From positions 74,166 through 138,165 of the forward strand of contig CAMTUG010000001.1 in NCBI GenBank assembly GCA_947084965.1: a DNA stretch of 64,000 bases, given 5' to 3'. The notes under the pieces are model-generated. The model worked only from the letters and a program-made list of their open reading frames with translations. It searched no databases and was not told the DNA's origin. Source of the DNA: an uncultured Parcubacteria group bacterium. GTDB taxonomy: Bacteria; Patescibacteriota; Patescibacteriia; UBA9934; CAMTUG01. The translations under genes and the position numbers were made by a program. Below are positions 9,301 through 18,216 of this stretch, piece after piece (within the stretch, counting starts at the first letter, position 1; each line of letters opens with the position of its first letter).

Positions 9301-12300
9301 ACGAAGCGACCTACTACACCTGGGAAGGCTCAGATCTCGAAGGGTTCCAGCTCGTCTCTTGGTCGCTGATGCAGAGCGACACCACGGACGCTCCGTGTAC
9401 GACCTGGTCAACAACTTCAAGCGCGATCGAGTGTGCGGATCTTTCCACTGCCGGCACGGACGATGCTTGCGATGAGCACGACGATATTTTTGAGAATCCC
9501 GACTGTCGTGAATTCTACGACGCCGATGGCGACATCTTCTATCGTCTTTGGTCAGAAACGGTGACAGTAACGGATTCGTGCACTCCGTATCGCAAGACGC
9601 AGATCGTCGGTGATGATGCCACGGAACAAGCGAGCAACTGCTCCGGTGCCGGTGGTTATTGGGACGGAACGGTCGGGGAGTGTAATTTTTACGGCTACGC
9701 GGATGAGTCCGACGAGTGCCCAGCCACGGCCAACGGGTGTCGTGAATACACCGGCGGCAATAGCCGCAACTCCTCGGTTGTTTATGAGGATGATGTAGAG
9801 GATGAAGACATCGATGAATATATCGTCAACGCAACGACTACCACGGCCGAGGTCAGCAATGAATCGGTCGCCACAGACGGTCACTCGATTCACGTTGAGA
9901 TGTCGGCCGATGACGGCTATGTGGCGGTCGCATCCGCAACGATGGCCGACTGTTCTGAATCGGACGGCTGTACCGCCGATACTGCGGATGAAGACGCCGA
10001 CGGTTCCACCGCTGATTGTGGCGAATCCGACGGTTGTGATGCAGAAGTCGGCACGCTCGGAGTTTCCTGCACGATTAGCGAGGGGGACGCTACGTGTGGC
10101 GCCTTGACCGGGGAACTGGCAGAAGGAAAAGTGTACATCTTAAAATTCTGGGCGAAGACTACGACCAGCAGCTTAGTCATCACTCCGGTATTTATCGAAC
10201 AGGCAGGGACAGGGGATGAATATCAGTTTGATACAGTGACCCTTTCTCCGATCTGGAAGGAATACACCGTCGGCCCGCTCGACACAACGGATGAATCCGG
10301 TTTCGATGATTCAGCCCTTTTGGCCTTCATGGCCGACAGCGGGGCGGAGTTCTATCTCGACAACATCACCTTGCGACAGACCGAAGAAAACATCACCGTT
10401 ATTAAAGATTCTTGGGAAACCCCAGCGACCTGTGATGAAACAGAGGATGGCGTCAGTTCAGATCAGTATCATCTCGGGTGCCAGGAATATCGCGATCAAG
10501 ATGGCGAAACGGTGTACTTGAAGTCCTTCACGCGATTGTGCGACGAAGATCAGGTCGGTTGTGCGGCGTTCTACGACACCCAATCATCGGATTCCGTCTA
10601 CGGCGCGGTGTACAACATCACCTGTGAAGCGGTCACCTCGGCCGGGATCGGCGGAGCGTGCGAAATCGACGGGGAAGAAGTTTGCGACATGGCTGCAGGG
10701 GAGTCTTCCTGCCAGTTTGACTGGATTGGCGGGGTGCCGCGCGAAGATGATGGAACGCTTAAAGATCTGGATAGCACCGATTATCAGTTAGCTCTAAACG
10801 CGGATGCGGTGGTCGTCCCGCCAGACGAAGTGACCTACTTCGTCGCCAGCGATACGTATGCCTGTGACGAAGGCGCTATGGGCTGTATGGAGGTCGGCGT
10901 GCCGACGTACAACCAAGATCAATCGCAGGTAGCCTCCTGGGAAACGAGCTATCTGTTGAATGTGGTCGATGCGTATGATGATATTTTGTGCAACGTCGAT
11001 ACGCTCTTCTGCGAAGCCTGGGACACGACTCAAAATGGGACGTATTACTTCAAGTATCCGCAGGACAAAACGTGCGAATACCGCACCGGAGTGGTGATCG
11101 ACGGATCAGAGTATTCGGGGTGGTTCCGCACGGACACCGATCAATTCTGCTACGGTTCAGGGACCTGTTCGGATGACGCGACCGTTTCCTGCAGCCTTGA
11201 TGCTGATTGTGCCTCTGCCGATGCAGGAACGTGTGAAATCAACGATGGATCGTACGTTCAAGGCGGCACGTTCTCTGGTGTTTGGAGGAACGGGGATACG
11301 GCGTTCGACGGTTGGGTTGGCACGTGTGACGATGAATACGACCTCTGTTCAGAATTTATCGACACACTCGATGTTGGGGAGAACGGCCTTTACGGAACGG
11401 ACGGAGGTTCGTCCAGCTTCTTCTTGAATAACGATGAACTCGATGAGTCAAACTTGCCAGCGTCAAAGCAGTGTTCGGGCCAAGTGAGTCAGAAACAAGG
11501 GTGTATCCTGTTTAATGACACCCTCGATTCTGAATTGAATTATAATGCTTCAGCAACGTATACGCTGAGTGTCCATGCTAACGAATTCTATTCAGGTACA
11601 ATGACCTACGGACTGGTCGATCCGATTAGCTGCCCAGATTCTGGGGTCGTTGAAACGTTGAGTGGCACGTCCTACGATCTTTGCGCGATGCGTTGTACGT
11701 ACCGCAACGATCTGTTGCATCCTTACGAAGACTATTCAACGACCACGGGAGAGGATTTTTACACTTTTACGACTTCTTGTATCTATGACAGTGACTGCCC
11801 ATTGATTGAATCGGACGGCAGCGATCTTGTTGACGGAACGTGCGAAACAGGAACCTTTACTGGTGCAGGAAGCTCAGGGAGCATTACGGTTCCGACTCTT
11901 GAAGACGATACCAATCGTATCCAAAAAGTGAATCTCGACCGCGACTGCGCCGAGTGGCTTTCGTGTTCATCGCAAACAACAGTTTGGGATGAGTCAGCGA
12001 GCGCCTACAAGACCGTCTGTGATGGTATCGGAATGTGTAATGAATACTCCTCGCTCGGTGAAACAAGTTTCTGCACCAACTGGAACATTGATGCCAGTCC
12101 AACTCTGCTGACGAGTAATCATTACGCTTCGCGCGATATTGGTTGGTACGGATATGAATATGCTGGGTATGCCGTTCCGTATAGTCTGCCGGCGCATCTT
12201 TTGAGTCAAAAGAATGTCAATCCTAGCAAATGGTGTACTTACTCAACAGCAGATGGCAGTGTGTATGATGGCCGCGATTACGGATACGAGACCCCGTTTA

Positions 12301-15300
12301 TTGATTGTTCGGCAGATGATGGTATGTGTGATGATGCGACGGGCTCGACGAGCGCCGTCTGTAGTTCGGCTCCAACGGACTATCGCTTGGTCTACGACGC
12401 TGGAACGTGCGACGAGGAAAACGGTGAAAGTTGTGAAGTTGGTTTCTGTGCCTCAAGCGGCGCATCGTGCGGAACCGACAGTGACTGTGATTCGGGCGAC
12501 ACCTGTGAAACAGGGTATTGTGGATACGCCGCATCATCCGGAACGTGCGAGGTTGATGCAGACTGTACCGACTCAGTGTACAACACCTGTAATAACAATC
12601 TCTGCACTACCTTAACAGCCGAAGCCTGTTCCGTCTCTTCAGAATGTACTAATACGTCACTTGGTACCGCTACTTGTATTGATTCAGCTACATCGATGGA
12701 CGGGATGTGCTTTGAAAACGAGTGTTTGGTTGATGTTTCTGATCGAGATGAAGACGGGAATCTTGATGACTTTGATTACGATCTGGCCGAAGCTCTTGAT
12801 TGTCGAGGGTGGCCAGAAAGTTCCGCTCCGTTCCCAAATGAAGTAGTAACGATCTGGCAAAACGCCGACGGGGCGACCGACGCCACCCCAGATGGTGATG
12901 AAAACGCGATCACGACGCTGTCGACCTTTGAAGATGTCAATTTGTGTGCGGGCGGCGAAGAATGTCTCTGTAACTACGATGTGGTTGAGTATGGCACGGG
13001 GAAAACGTGGTATTACGATCAGGCCTCAGACGCGATCCCGACCTATAAGTGCGTTGGTGGGTTGTATGATGGTGGCGAATGTGATGCCACCGCCGGTGGA
13101 GCGATGGTTATTGATGATGTTATTCAGACAGAATTGTGTTCAGAGGGGTCAGGAGTTTGCACGCGCCTTTCTTCCCAACAAACGATGATTGGGCTTGAGG
13201 GTTACTGCTTAGAGCGTGACACGTCGCTCACCCTAAACGGTCAGACCGGGGAAGCACCGTGTCTGACCTGGCTCCCCGTCGATCGTCCAGCGGGCGCGAC
13301 GGACATTTACGGCAAAGCGACCGAAGCGGGATATCCACTCGAAGACACCTTCTACTGCGGCGACATCGATCTGTACATGGATGTTCCGACTTCGTCGATC
13401 GGTTGTGCCCAGCACGAAACTTCGTCTGGTGGTCAAGATTGTAACTATGTAAGTAGTACGGAAGATCCTTACTGGGGTGACTTGCTCCGCGGGGACGGAA
13501 ACGCCGTTTGTCCGGACGGTATGTTCGCTGTGATCGGCCGCTGTATCGATTCGGATGGTAAAACGGACGGTGATTTTGATGACCCGTATGCCTCCTCGAG
13601 TGGAAATTCAGCCGTAGATACCTGCATGGCGGACGCTGCTGATGATTCAAACGATCATCCCTACTTCTGTGTCCCTGAAGGTTCGGTACATACAGAAGGG
13701 ATCGACGAAGGAGATCTTTGCGACATTCCAGATGACGACCTGCTTAATGACTTCGGAGCTGCCTTAAATGAGGTAAAAGAAAGCGACTGGGATTACGATG
13801 ATGTCTGGGACATTAACGGAACGTGGGGTCAGATGGAGACCGTAGCTTCATCGTTATCACTCGGGAACGATGTCTATAAGATTGAGGCCCAGCCGGATGA
13901 ATTCGATACACTGTACGAGTACTATTCTGATTGTGTATTAGAAGGAGTCGACTACTTATCGACTAAGAATAATCCGTACTTAATCCCGACACCGGATAAC
14001 TTACTTAGCGGTTCGTACTACACCTGTTCAAACAGCAGCGGCCCGAGCCGCGAAGCGGCAGTTTGTGCTGATGGAAACTATGATAATCGTGACCTCGTTT
14101 CGGAAGTGGAGAATAGTTACCACGACCTGACATTTGGCACTGTCGTTTATCCAGGGTGTTCTTCGATTGTCCAGGTCGCTTCGACGACAGAAAACAGAGC
14201 CTGGACCGACCGCGTGCTCTTTGATGGTCGCGCGTATGCGATCGATCAGTTCTCGTCCGCTTCGCTCGCCTTCACGATGGATACGGTGGAAAATCCGTTC
14301 GGTGTCTCGGTATCTCCGACCTATTTGAACGAAGAGATTGATCCGAACCCAGCCCGTCCGCTTAGCTGTCTTGGTGACATTGACGGTGACGGCTATGATG
14401 ACATCTATTTGCCGAACGTGAGTGGATCATGTGGTTCTGGCTCATTGATCTCGGATGGCCTCAACCAGGGCCGCGCTTACGACGACTTTGACGGGGAAAC
14501 GGGAGGGTACATCATGGTTAGCGACAGTGAAAATCTGCGCCCAGATCAGGTTCTCTTCGGCCTGATCTCCCCGAGTACGGCTTGGGAAAACGCCATCTCC
14601 GAAATTTTTGCCTTCGCTAATACCTGGTCGAGGTTTGATCAAGGATTGGACGATGATGACGACTTTGAATCGATCGGGTCGTACAGTACTCTTGCAGAAT
14701 CATCCGGCCTGTGGGACATCACGGACTCTGGGGACAGTAATATCGAAGATGGTAATCCGACTGCGCCTGTTGTGCGTGCGGTCGGTGAAACGTGTGTCGA
14801 TCAGTACTGCCGTGAAGGGGTCGAAGATACCTTCAGCGTTAACGGCCAAGACGACAGCGACTTAACCGGTGATGGCGGCCAATTCTTCGCTGACGTGAAG
14901 TTCTTCGTCGAAGCGAACGCCAACCAGATGCCGATTCGTCGTGTGATCGTTGACTGGCAGGATCAGCGCGATACCATGTCCGGTTCGTTGACCGACGATA
15001 ATTACTACAAGAACCGCCGTGGGTTAAACGACAGCAACAACCATTGGTGCGAGCAGGAAACGAACTGGGGCGAAACCGCCGAAGCCTGTGAACCAAACTA
15101 CTTCAATACCACCAATGTCTACACCTGTTCCATGGCACTCGTGGAAACGCTCCCTGTCTGTTCCACTAATGACTCAGGTAACTTGGAAGAATCTCCATGT
15201 CGTGGTGGTGACTCCGGCTACAGCGAAGATGTCTGTATCTTCCAGCCGCGTGTCCACGTTCGCGACAACTGGGGTTGGTGCACAGGGGTGTGTGGGACGG

Positions 15301-15443
15301 ATGGGGAGAGCTGTTATGATGGGGATGGGGAAATTATGACTAATGATAGTACTGATGAGTGTAATTTAGACTACCCGAATGCAGATATGACAGCATGGGA
15401 TCCCTGGGTCTATTACGAAGGACTGATCATCGTTGAGCCATAG
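6342..15443 (+). CDS. Giant secreted Cys-rich acidic surface protein (3033 aa), function unknown
   Basis: Uninterrupted 9.1 kb ORF; signal peptide; >150 Cys, D/T/S/G-rich; no recognisable catalytic motif. Confidence 0.85.
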   Translation: MDEQKPKRNGYLLRRAGATVCLLFVLFAAVLPSAVSAQVVQVVTAPGVPIETTEDLKKELIEKPFQVAFLTIIWNFMTFISNRIAYDAAVAIATAGNGEEPLIELRDPMRYLEDLGKDVVGAGIDALNQSLEAVNIHFDLCAPKAPLVKLSLQLGIRSAYDRPEPDCDFQELTENWEAFTASTIFSASPDEAALFQFSATMNPRTTDLSSAITLLDQIYTDEALTKSSSFAEYLANNGYKNVVNSITGNVETPADLVENAWSRSVEIAIPTKEDRIAGFNFFLESKDLWKQLGVSALSTFANTLLSTFTQRIYSGMFDIDIPESDVLDVGTITFRGGVDAAESHFRSMFTAKIISLDNYSVISEFLTCPGTTTRQLNNCVMDSGFGNAVAGAEVGDPFTVQEAIDEGYIHGDWPLISQDDSRDLDQNCYSYGYCYGNLVRMRKARIIPVGWEMAASIQAAGDSDTLQDVIDQFDDCNADNERDPSHPYCHLIDPNWVLKYPSTQCRASVPGQLVDNDGIKRGTECVDAPSCIQEDAGGECVGGYGYCVREQNSFDFRGTSCPEQYATCLAVSNEDDELSGNYLFNTTDLEECDADSAGCRWYQTTKESTDDVFDWPTIDDLPTLDAAAGTYASRFYYNNDVEECDSDDAGCTRVIEKTDDVTLNLIRNPSFEDDEDADGVPDYWTFTGAGTYDLSGTTSAFASDSVAPGASGSSAIIYQTDLPLQQATFYTLSFYAEQADATSSETLTVYAVINSEDGSAEVDLSGTSYGGDCTIADLDSSGGEETILMSVTPASNTSERFSCTFTSPTFTDEDLGVRIQFLDFIGEEIYVDAVQLEADEDLSDFVVGYGTTLEQLNPTYYKLPPSYLGCTGDSDVDPAECADYAPVCTAQDVGCSEYTPENGDPVVTGIAGALDECPAVCSGYDTYKQEPTRYEPDGDFPLYFIPDTAISCGAQYVGCDEFTNLNTEERESYTYLRACQTTTQTTDEATYYTWEGSDLEGFQLVSWSLMQSDTTDAPCTTWSTTSSAIECADLSTAGTDDACDEHDDIFENPDCREFYDADGDIFYRLWSETVTVTDSCTPYRKTQIVGDDATEQASNCSGAGGYWDGTVGECNFYGYADESDECPATANGCREYTGGNSRNSSVVYEDDVEDEDIDEYIVNATTTTAEVSNESVATDGHSIHVEMSADDGYVAVASATMADCSESDGCTADTADEDADGSTADCGESDGCDAEVGTLGVSCTISEGDATCGALTGELAEGKVYILKFWAKTTTSSLVITPVFIEQAGTGDEYQFDTVTLSPIWKEYTVGPLDTTDESGFDDSALLAFMADSGAEFYLDNITLRQTEENITVIKDSWETPATCDETEDGVSSDQYHLGCQEYRDQDGETVYLKSFTRLCDEDQVGCAAFYDTQSSDSVYGAVYNITCEAVTSAGIGGACEIDGEEVCDMAAGESSCQFDWIGGVPREDDGTLKDLDSTDYQLALNADAVVVPPDEVTYFVASDTYACDEGAMGCMEVGVPTYNQDQSQVASWETSYLLNVVDAYDDILCNVDTLFCEAWDTTQNGTYYFKYPQDKTCEYRTGVVIDGSEYSGWFRTDTDQFCYGSGTCSDDATVSCSLDADCASADAGTCEINDGSYVQGGTFSGVWRNGDTAFDGWVGTCDDEYDLCSEFIDTLDVGENGLYGTDGGSSSFFLNNDELDESNLPASKQCSGQVSQKQGCILFNDTLDSELNYNASATYTLSVHANEFYSGTMTYGLVDPISCPDSGVVETLSGTSYDLCAMRCTYRNDLLHPYEDYSTTTGEDFYTFTTSCIYDSDCPLIESDGSDLVDGTCETGTFTGAGSSGSITVPTLEDDTNRIQKVNLDRDCAEWLSCSSQTTVWDESASAYKTVCDGIGMCNEYSSLGETSFCTNWNIDASPTLLTSNHYASRDIGWYGYEYAGYAVPYSLPAHLLSQKNVNPSKWCTYSTADGSVYDGRDYGYETPFIDCSADDGMCDDATGSTSAVCSSAPTDYRLVYDAGTCDEENGESCEVGFCASSGASCGTDSDCDSGDTCETGYCGYAASSGTCEVDADCTDSVYNTCNNNLCTTLTAEACSVSSECTNTSLGTATCIDSATSMDGMCFENECLVDVSDRDEDGNLDDFDYDLAEALDCRGWPESSAPFPNEVVTIWQNADGATDATPDGDENAITTLSTFEDVNLCAGGEECLCNYDVVEYGTGKTWYYDQASDAIPTYKCVGGLYDGGECDATAGGAMVIDDVIQTELCSEGSGVCTRLSSQQTMIGLEGYCLERDTSLTLNGQTGEAPCLTWLPVDRPAGATDIYGKATEAGYPLEDTFYCGDIDLYMDVPTSSIGCAQHETSSGGQDCNYVSSTEDPYWGDLLRGDGNAVCPDGMFAVIGRCIDSDGKTDGDFDDPYASSSGNSAVDTCMADAADDSNDHPYFCVPEGSVHTEGIDEGDLCDIPDDDLLNDFGAALNEVKESDWDYDDVWDINGTWGQMETVASSLSLGNDVYKIEAQPDEFDTLYEYYSDCVLEGVDYLSTKNNPYLIPTPDNLLSGSYYTCSNSSGPSREAAVCADGNYDNRDLVSEVENSYHDLTFGTVVYPGCSSIVQVASTTENRAWTDRVLFDGRAYAIDQFSSASLAFTMDTVENPFGVSVSPTYLNEEIDPNPARPLSCLGDIDGDGYDDIYLPNVSGSCGSGSLISDGLNQGRAYDDFDGETGGYIMVSDSENLRPDQVLFGLISPSTAWENAISEIFAFANTWSRFDQGLDDDDDFESIGSYSTLAESSGLWDITDSGDSNIEDGNPTAPVVRAVGETCVDQYCREGVEDTFSVNGQDDSDLTGDGGQFFADVKFFVEANANQMPIRRVIVDWQDQRDTMSGSLTDDNYYKNRRGLNDSNNHWCEQETNWGETAEACEPNYFNTTNVYTCSMALVETLPVCSTNDSGNLEESPCRGGDSGYSEDVCIFQPRVHVRDNWGWCTGVCGTDGESCYDGDGEIMTNDSTDECNLDYPNADMTAWDPWVYYEGLIIVEP

Positions 15444-15456
15444 ATATTTGGGCAAT

Positions 15457-15494
15457 TTTAATAGGCGGGAGCCACTGTGCCCCGCCTATTAAAA
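15457..15494 (+). terminator. Terminator hairpin after giant gene
   Basis: taataggcggg-agccactgtg-ccccgcctatta inverted repeat. Confidence 0.55.
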
Positions 15495-15500
15495 TATCAA

Positions 15501-15541
15501 CTAAAAAGCGTTGACCACCATGGAGTGTACATGGTGGTCGT
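15501..15541 (-). terminator. Rho-independent terminator of lipoprotein gene, copy 1 of duplicated hairpin
   Basis: gaccaccatgg-agtgtac-catggtggtc then GCTTTTTAG on minus strand; near-identical copy at 16589-16628. Confidence 0.65.
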
Positions 15542-15586
15542 GCGCGCGCCGGGGATGTGTCCTCGGCGGAAGAAGTTGTGGCCCGA

Positions 15587-16243
15587 TCAGAGGCGGGTGC
15601 AGGTGTAGCGGTAGTTCGCACCCCCGTCGGTGTTGACGACCCGGCCGGTCAGCGTGTCGGTGCCCTCGAGGATGAGCTTGATGTAGCCGTCCTGGTGGGT
15701 GAACTCGACGAAGTTGCCGTTGATCGTCGCCGTGTTGTTGCCGACCGCGATGCCTTCCATCTGGAGAGCACAGCCGTTGTTGATCTCGGCCGTGACCCCG
15801 TTGTACACCGTGGCGCCCGACTCGCTCGAGCAGTCCCAGGTCCCGGACAAGTCGGCGCAGAGGTTGCCGGACAGGTCGGCGATCTCGCTGACGTCGTTCG
15901 ACCCGTAGCCGAGGTAGTTCACGCCGTTCGCGCTGTAGGTGTACGCGGCGGTGTGGATCTCGGGGGAGAGGCCGTCGATGTAGTCGATCGTCTTGCGGCC
16001 GGTCTGGACGCCGTCGATCGCGTAGTCGGCGCTGATCTCCTCGGTGTCGACGAGGGTGAACTCGGTGAAGTCGTCGTTGGCCTCGTAGGTGTTGAGGCTC
16101 GCGGCGGCGAGCACGTCGTTGACGGTCTCCTCGGTGCCGTCGGTGTTGTCGGGGTTGGTGTCGAGATCGCGGCCGTCGGTGACGGTCGGATCGGTGATGT
16201 CCCCGCCGCACGCGGCGAGGAACACGAGGGCGATGAAGCGCAT
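15587..16243 (-). CDS. Lipoprotein, acidic D/T/G-rich, GC-rich gene (paralog of 16676-17284)
   Basis: Start MRFIALVFLAACGG (lipobox LAAC) with AGGAGG RBS; about 68 % GC. Confidence 0.7.
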   Translation of the reverse strand: MRFIALVFLAACGGDITDPTVTDGRDLDTNPDNTDGTEETVNDVLAAASLNTYEANDDFTEFTLVDTEEISADYAIDGVQTGRKTIDYIDGLSPEIHTAAYTYSANGVNYLGYGSNDVSEIADLSGNLCADLSGTWDCSSESGATVYNGVTAEINNGCALQMEGIAVGNNTATINGNFVEFTHQDGYIKLILEGTDTLTGRVVNTDGGANYRYTCTRL

Positions 16244-16588
16244 GGCTTCCTCCTGTGTTGCCTTTCGGCGGGTGGGTGAGTTTCCGTTGGCCGGTAAAAG
16301 AGATACTCGGCTGGCCAGGGATCCTCGGGGGATCAAGGAACTGTCTTTCAGGGATCAGCTCTCTCGAAATTGCTCCGGAAATCTCACTTTCTTAGAGTTT
16401 CCGCTAGGATTGACGATAATCCGAGCAGTTTCGAGAGGGCGATCAACCTGATGACTCAAAATCAACGTACCATGAAATAGGGGAATAGTCAATGCGTCAA
16501 GGTGTGGGCGGTGGATAAGTGCATATTTTAGCCAATTTCTGCTAAAAGTTTTGCGACACATAATCAGGTGGTTTCTGCAAGGTTCGCA

Positions 16589-16628
16589 TAAAAAGCGTTG
16601 ACCACCATGGAGTGTGCATGGTGGTCGT
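16589..16628 (-). terminator. Rho-independent terminator, copy 2 of duplicated hairpin
   Basis: ttgaccaccatggagtgtgcatggtggtc plus T-run on minus strand. Confidence 0.65.
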
Positions 16629-16675
16629 GCGCGCGCCTCGGGGAAGTATCCGTGGCGGAAGAAGTTGTGGCCCGA

Positions 16676-17284
16676 TCAGCGGCGGCAGGTCACGGTCCCG
16701 TATTGGGCACCGGTGTTCCCGTAGACGTTGAGGGTGATCACTGAGCCGTCCAGGGACACGATGCCGTCGTAGTCCTCGGAGGAGAAGTGGTGGCCGTCCA
16801 GCATGATCTCGGTGTCCATCCCTGACTCGACATGACAGTCATCAGAGACCTCGATGTAGTTCTCCCAGCTTGGGTACTCGGTTCCGTCGTACGTGTTCTG
16901 ACATACCCACTCATCCGTCAGGTCCAGACAGAGCTCGGTGGACAGTTCGGCGGTCTCGCCGACGTCGATCGGTGCCTGACCGAAGTACGTCGCGCCCTCG
17001 TCGCTGGTGAAGGCGAAGGTCACGGTGTAGTCCTGGGGGTCGAGGCCGTCGATGGTGTCTGGGGTGGTGCCGGTGATGTCGGTGCCAGCGATCGCGTAGG
17101 TGACGCCTTCCACTTCCTGGAGGTCTTCGATGACCTCGGTCATGTCATCGTTCCAGTCGGCGAAGTTGATCGTGGCGGTGATGGTCACCGTCATGTTGTT
17201 GATCGCGGGCGGGGTGCTCGTGTCCTTGCTCGTCGAGGTGGTGTCGGTGCAGGCGGCGAGGAGGATGAGGGTGATGAGGTGCAT
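16676..17284 (-). CDS. Lipoprotein, acidic, GC-rich (paralog of 15587-16243)
   Basis: Start MHLITLILLAACTD (lipobox LAAC); shared C...W.C...C...TC.R framework with paralog. Confidence 0.7.
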   Translation of the reverse strand: MHLITLILLAACTDTTSTSKDTSTPPAINNMTVTITATINFADWNDDMTEVIEDLQEVEGVTYAIAGTDITGTTPDTIDGLDPQDYTVTFAFTSDEGATYFGQAPIDVGETAELSTELCLDLTDEWVCQNTYDGTEYPSWENYIEVSDDCHVESGMDTEIMLDGHHFSSEDYDGIVSLDGSVITLNVYGNTGAQYGTVTCRR

Positions 17285-17411
17285 GGGGTCTCCAGGGAAC
17301 GAATGTGTACGATCAGGACTCTCGAAGCTAAACGGTTTGTTTAAAGCGCTCAGGTTTAAGGTCCCGATCATCGGACAGACAACCACAAATAACGCGACGC
17401 GTCAATGTCTC

Positions 17412-17804
17412 CTATAAACTCTCTTCGTCGAGGCATTTTTGAAAATACGTTTGCAAGTTTTCGTGACTTATTGTTTTTGTCACATCATCAACAGGCACCC
17501 AGCGCAGGGCATCGCCTTCATGTTCAATACGCAGATCTTGCTTTGGGTTAAGCGGCTCGGCGAGAAACATTGCTGTCGTTACTTCGCCCTCAAACGGAGA
17601 GAGATAGAAATGATCGGGGAGCGACCTGATGATCGTGGTATCAAGTCCTGTTTCTTCCCTAATCTCCCGCACCGCCGCCTGCGTCGCCGTTTCGCCAGAT
17701 TCGATATGTCCTTTCGGAAAGGACCAGTCTTCGGTTCCTTGGCGGTAGACGAGAAGGATTTCGCCTTTTGTGTTTCGGACGATCGCGCCGGCTTTCTTTA
17801 TCAT
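17412..17804 (-). CDS. NUDIX hydrolase
   Basis: Nudix box GHIESGETATQAAVREIREETGL. Confidence 0.85.
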   Translation of the reverse strand: MIKKAGAIVRNTKGEILLVYRQGTEDWSFPKGHIESGETATQAAVREIREETGLDTTIIRSLPDHFYLSPFEGEVTTAMFLAEPLNPKQDLRIEHEGDALRWVPVDDVTKTISHENLQTYFQKCLDEESL

Positions 17805-17961
17805 ATATCGGTACTGTAACGTTTATCCACATTTTTTGAAATCATTGTCAGAAACTTTTGACATCACTTTTTGTTTGATTTAGCGCGGGTGAGATGGATT
17901 TTTTTGAATAGGGTTGTCAGAAAGTATTAACAAAAAGTTTGCTAATTTTAGCCAAAAAGTG

Positions 17962-17990
17962 TTGACAAAAAGCGATTTTTGCGATACAGT
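17962..17990 (+). promoter_or_regulatory. sigma70-like promoter TTGACA-17-TACAGT upstream of M23 lipoprotein, about 220 nt GC-rich leader
   Basis: Consensus -35, 17-nt spacer, -10 TACAGT. Confidence 0.5.
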
Positions 17991-18216
17991 CGAATCATGA
18001 GATTTGAAATGTTCTGACAGTATCTGGTTCCAGCGTGATCACTCAGGCGGTTAATTACGGGGGGACTTGAGCGGCGCGCGGCCCCGGGGCTTCAACACAC
18101 ATTTCTGTCCGGTTTCACCGATCTCCCGACGCTGGGAAAGTACTAGCCCGGCGCGGGAGGGGCGATGAACGGTTCATCGGTACTCTCGTCAACACGAGAC
18201 AATAAAGGAGGGCGCC

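Noticed and set aside
15501-16336. Overlapping long ORFs on both strands (15501-16211 -, 15557-16279 +)
   Set aside because: All lie within the GC-rich lipoprotein gene region. Only the frame giving a signal peptide, lipobox and RBS (15587-16243 -) is credible.
17822-17830. DnaA box TTATCCACA
   Set aside because: Single isolated 9-mer in an AT-rich spacer. There is no cluster, no adjacent dnaA/dnaN and no AT-rich unwinding element pattern, so it is not an origin.
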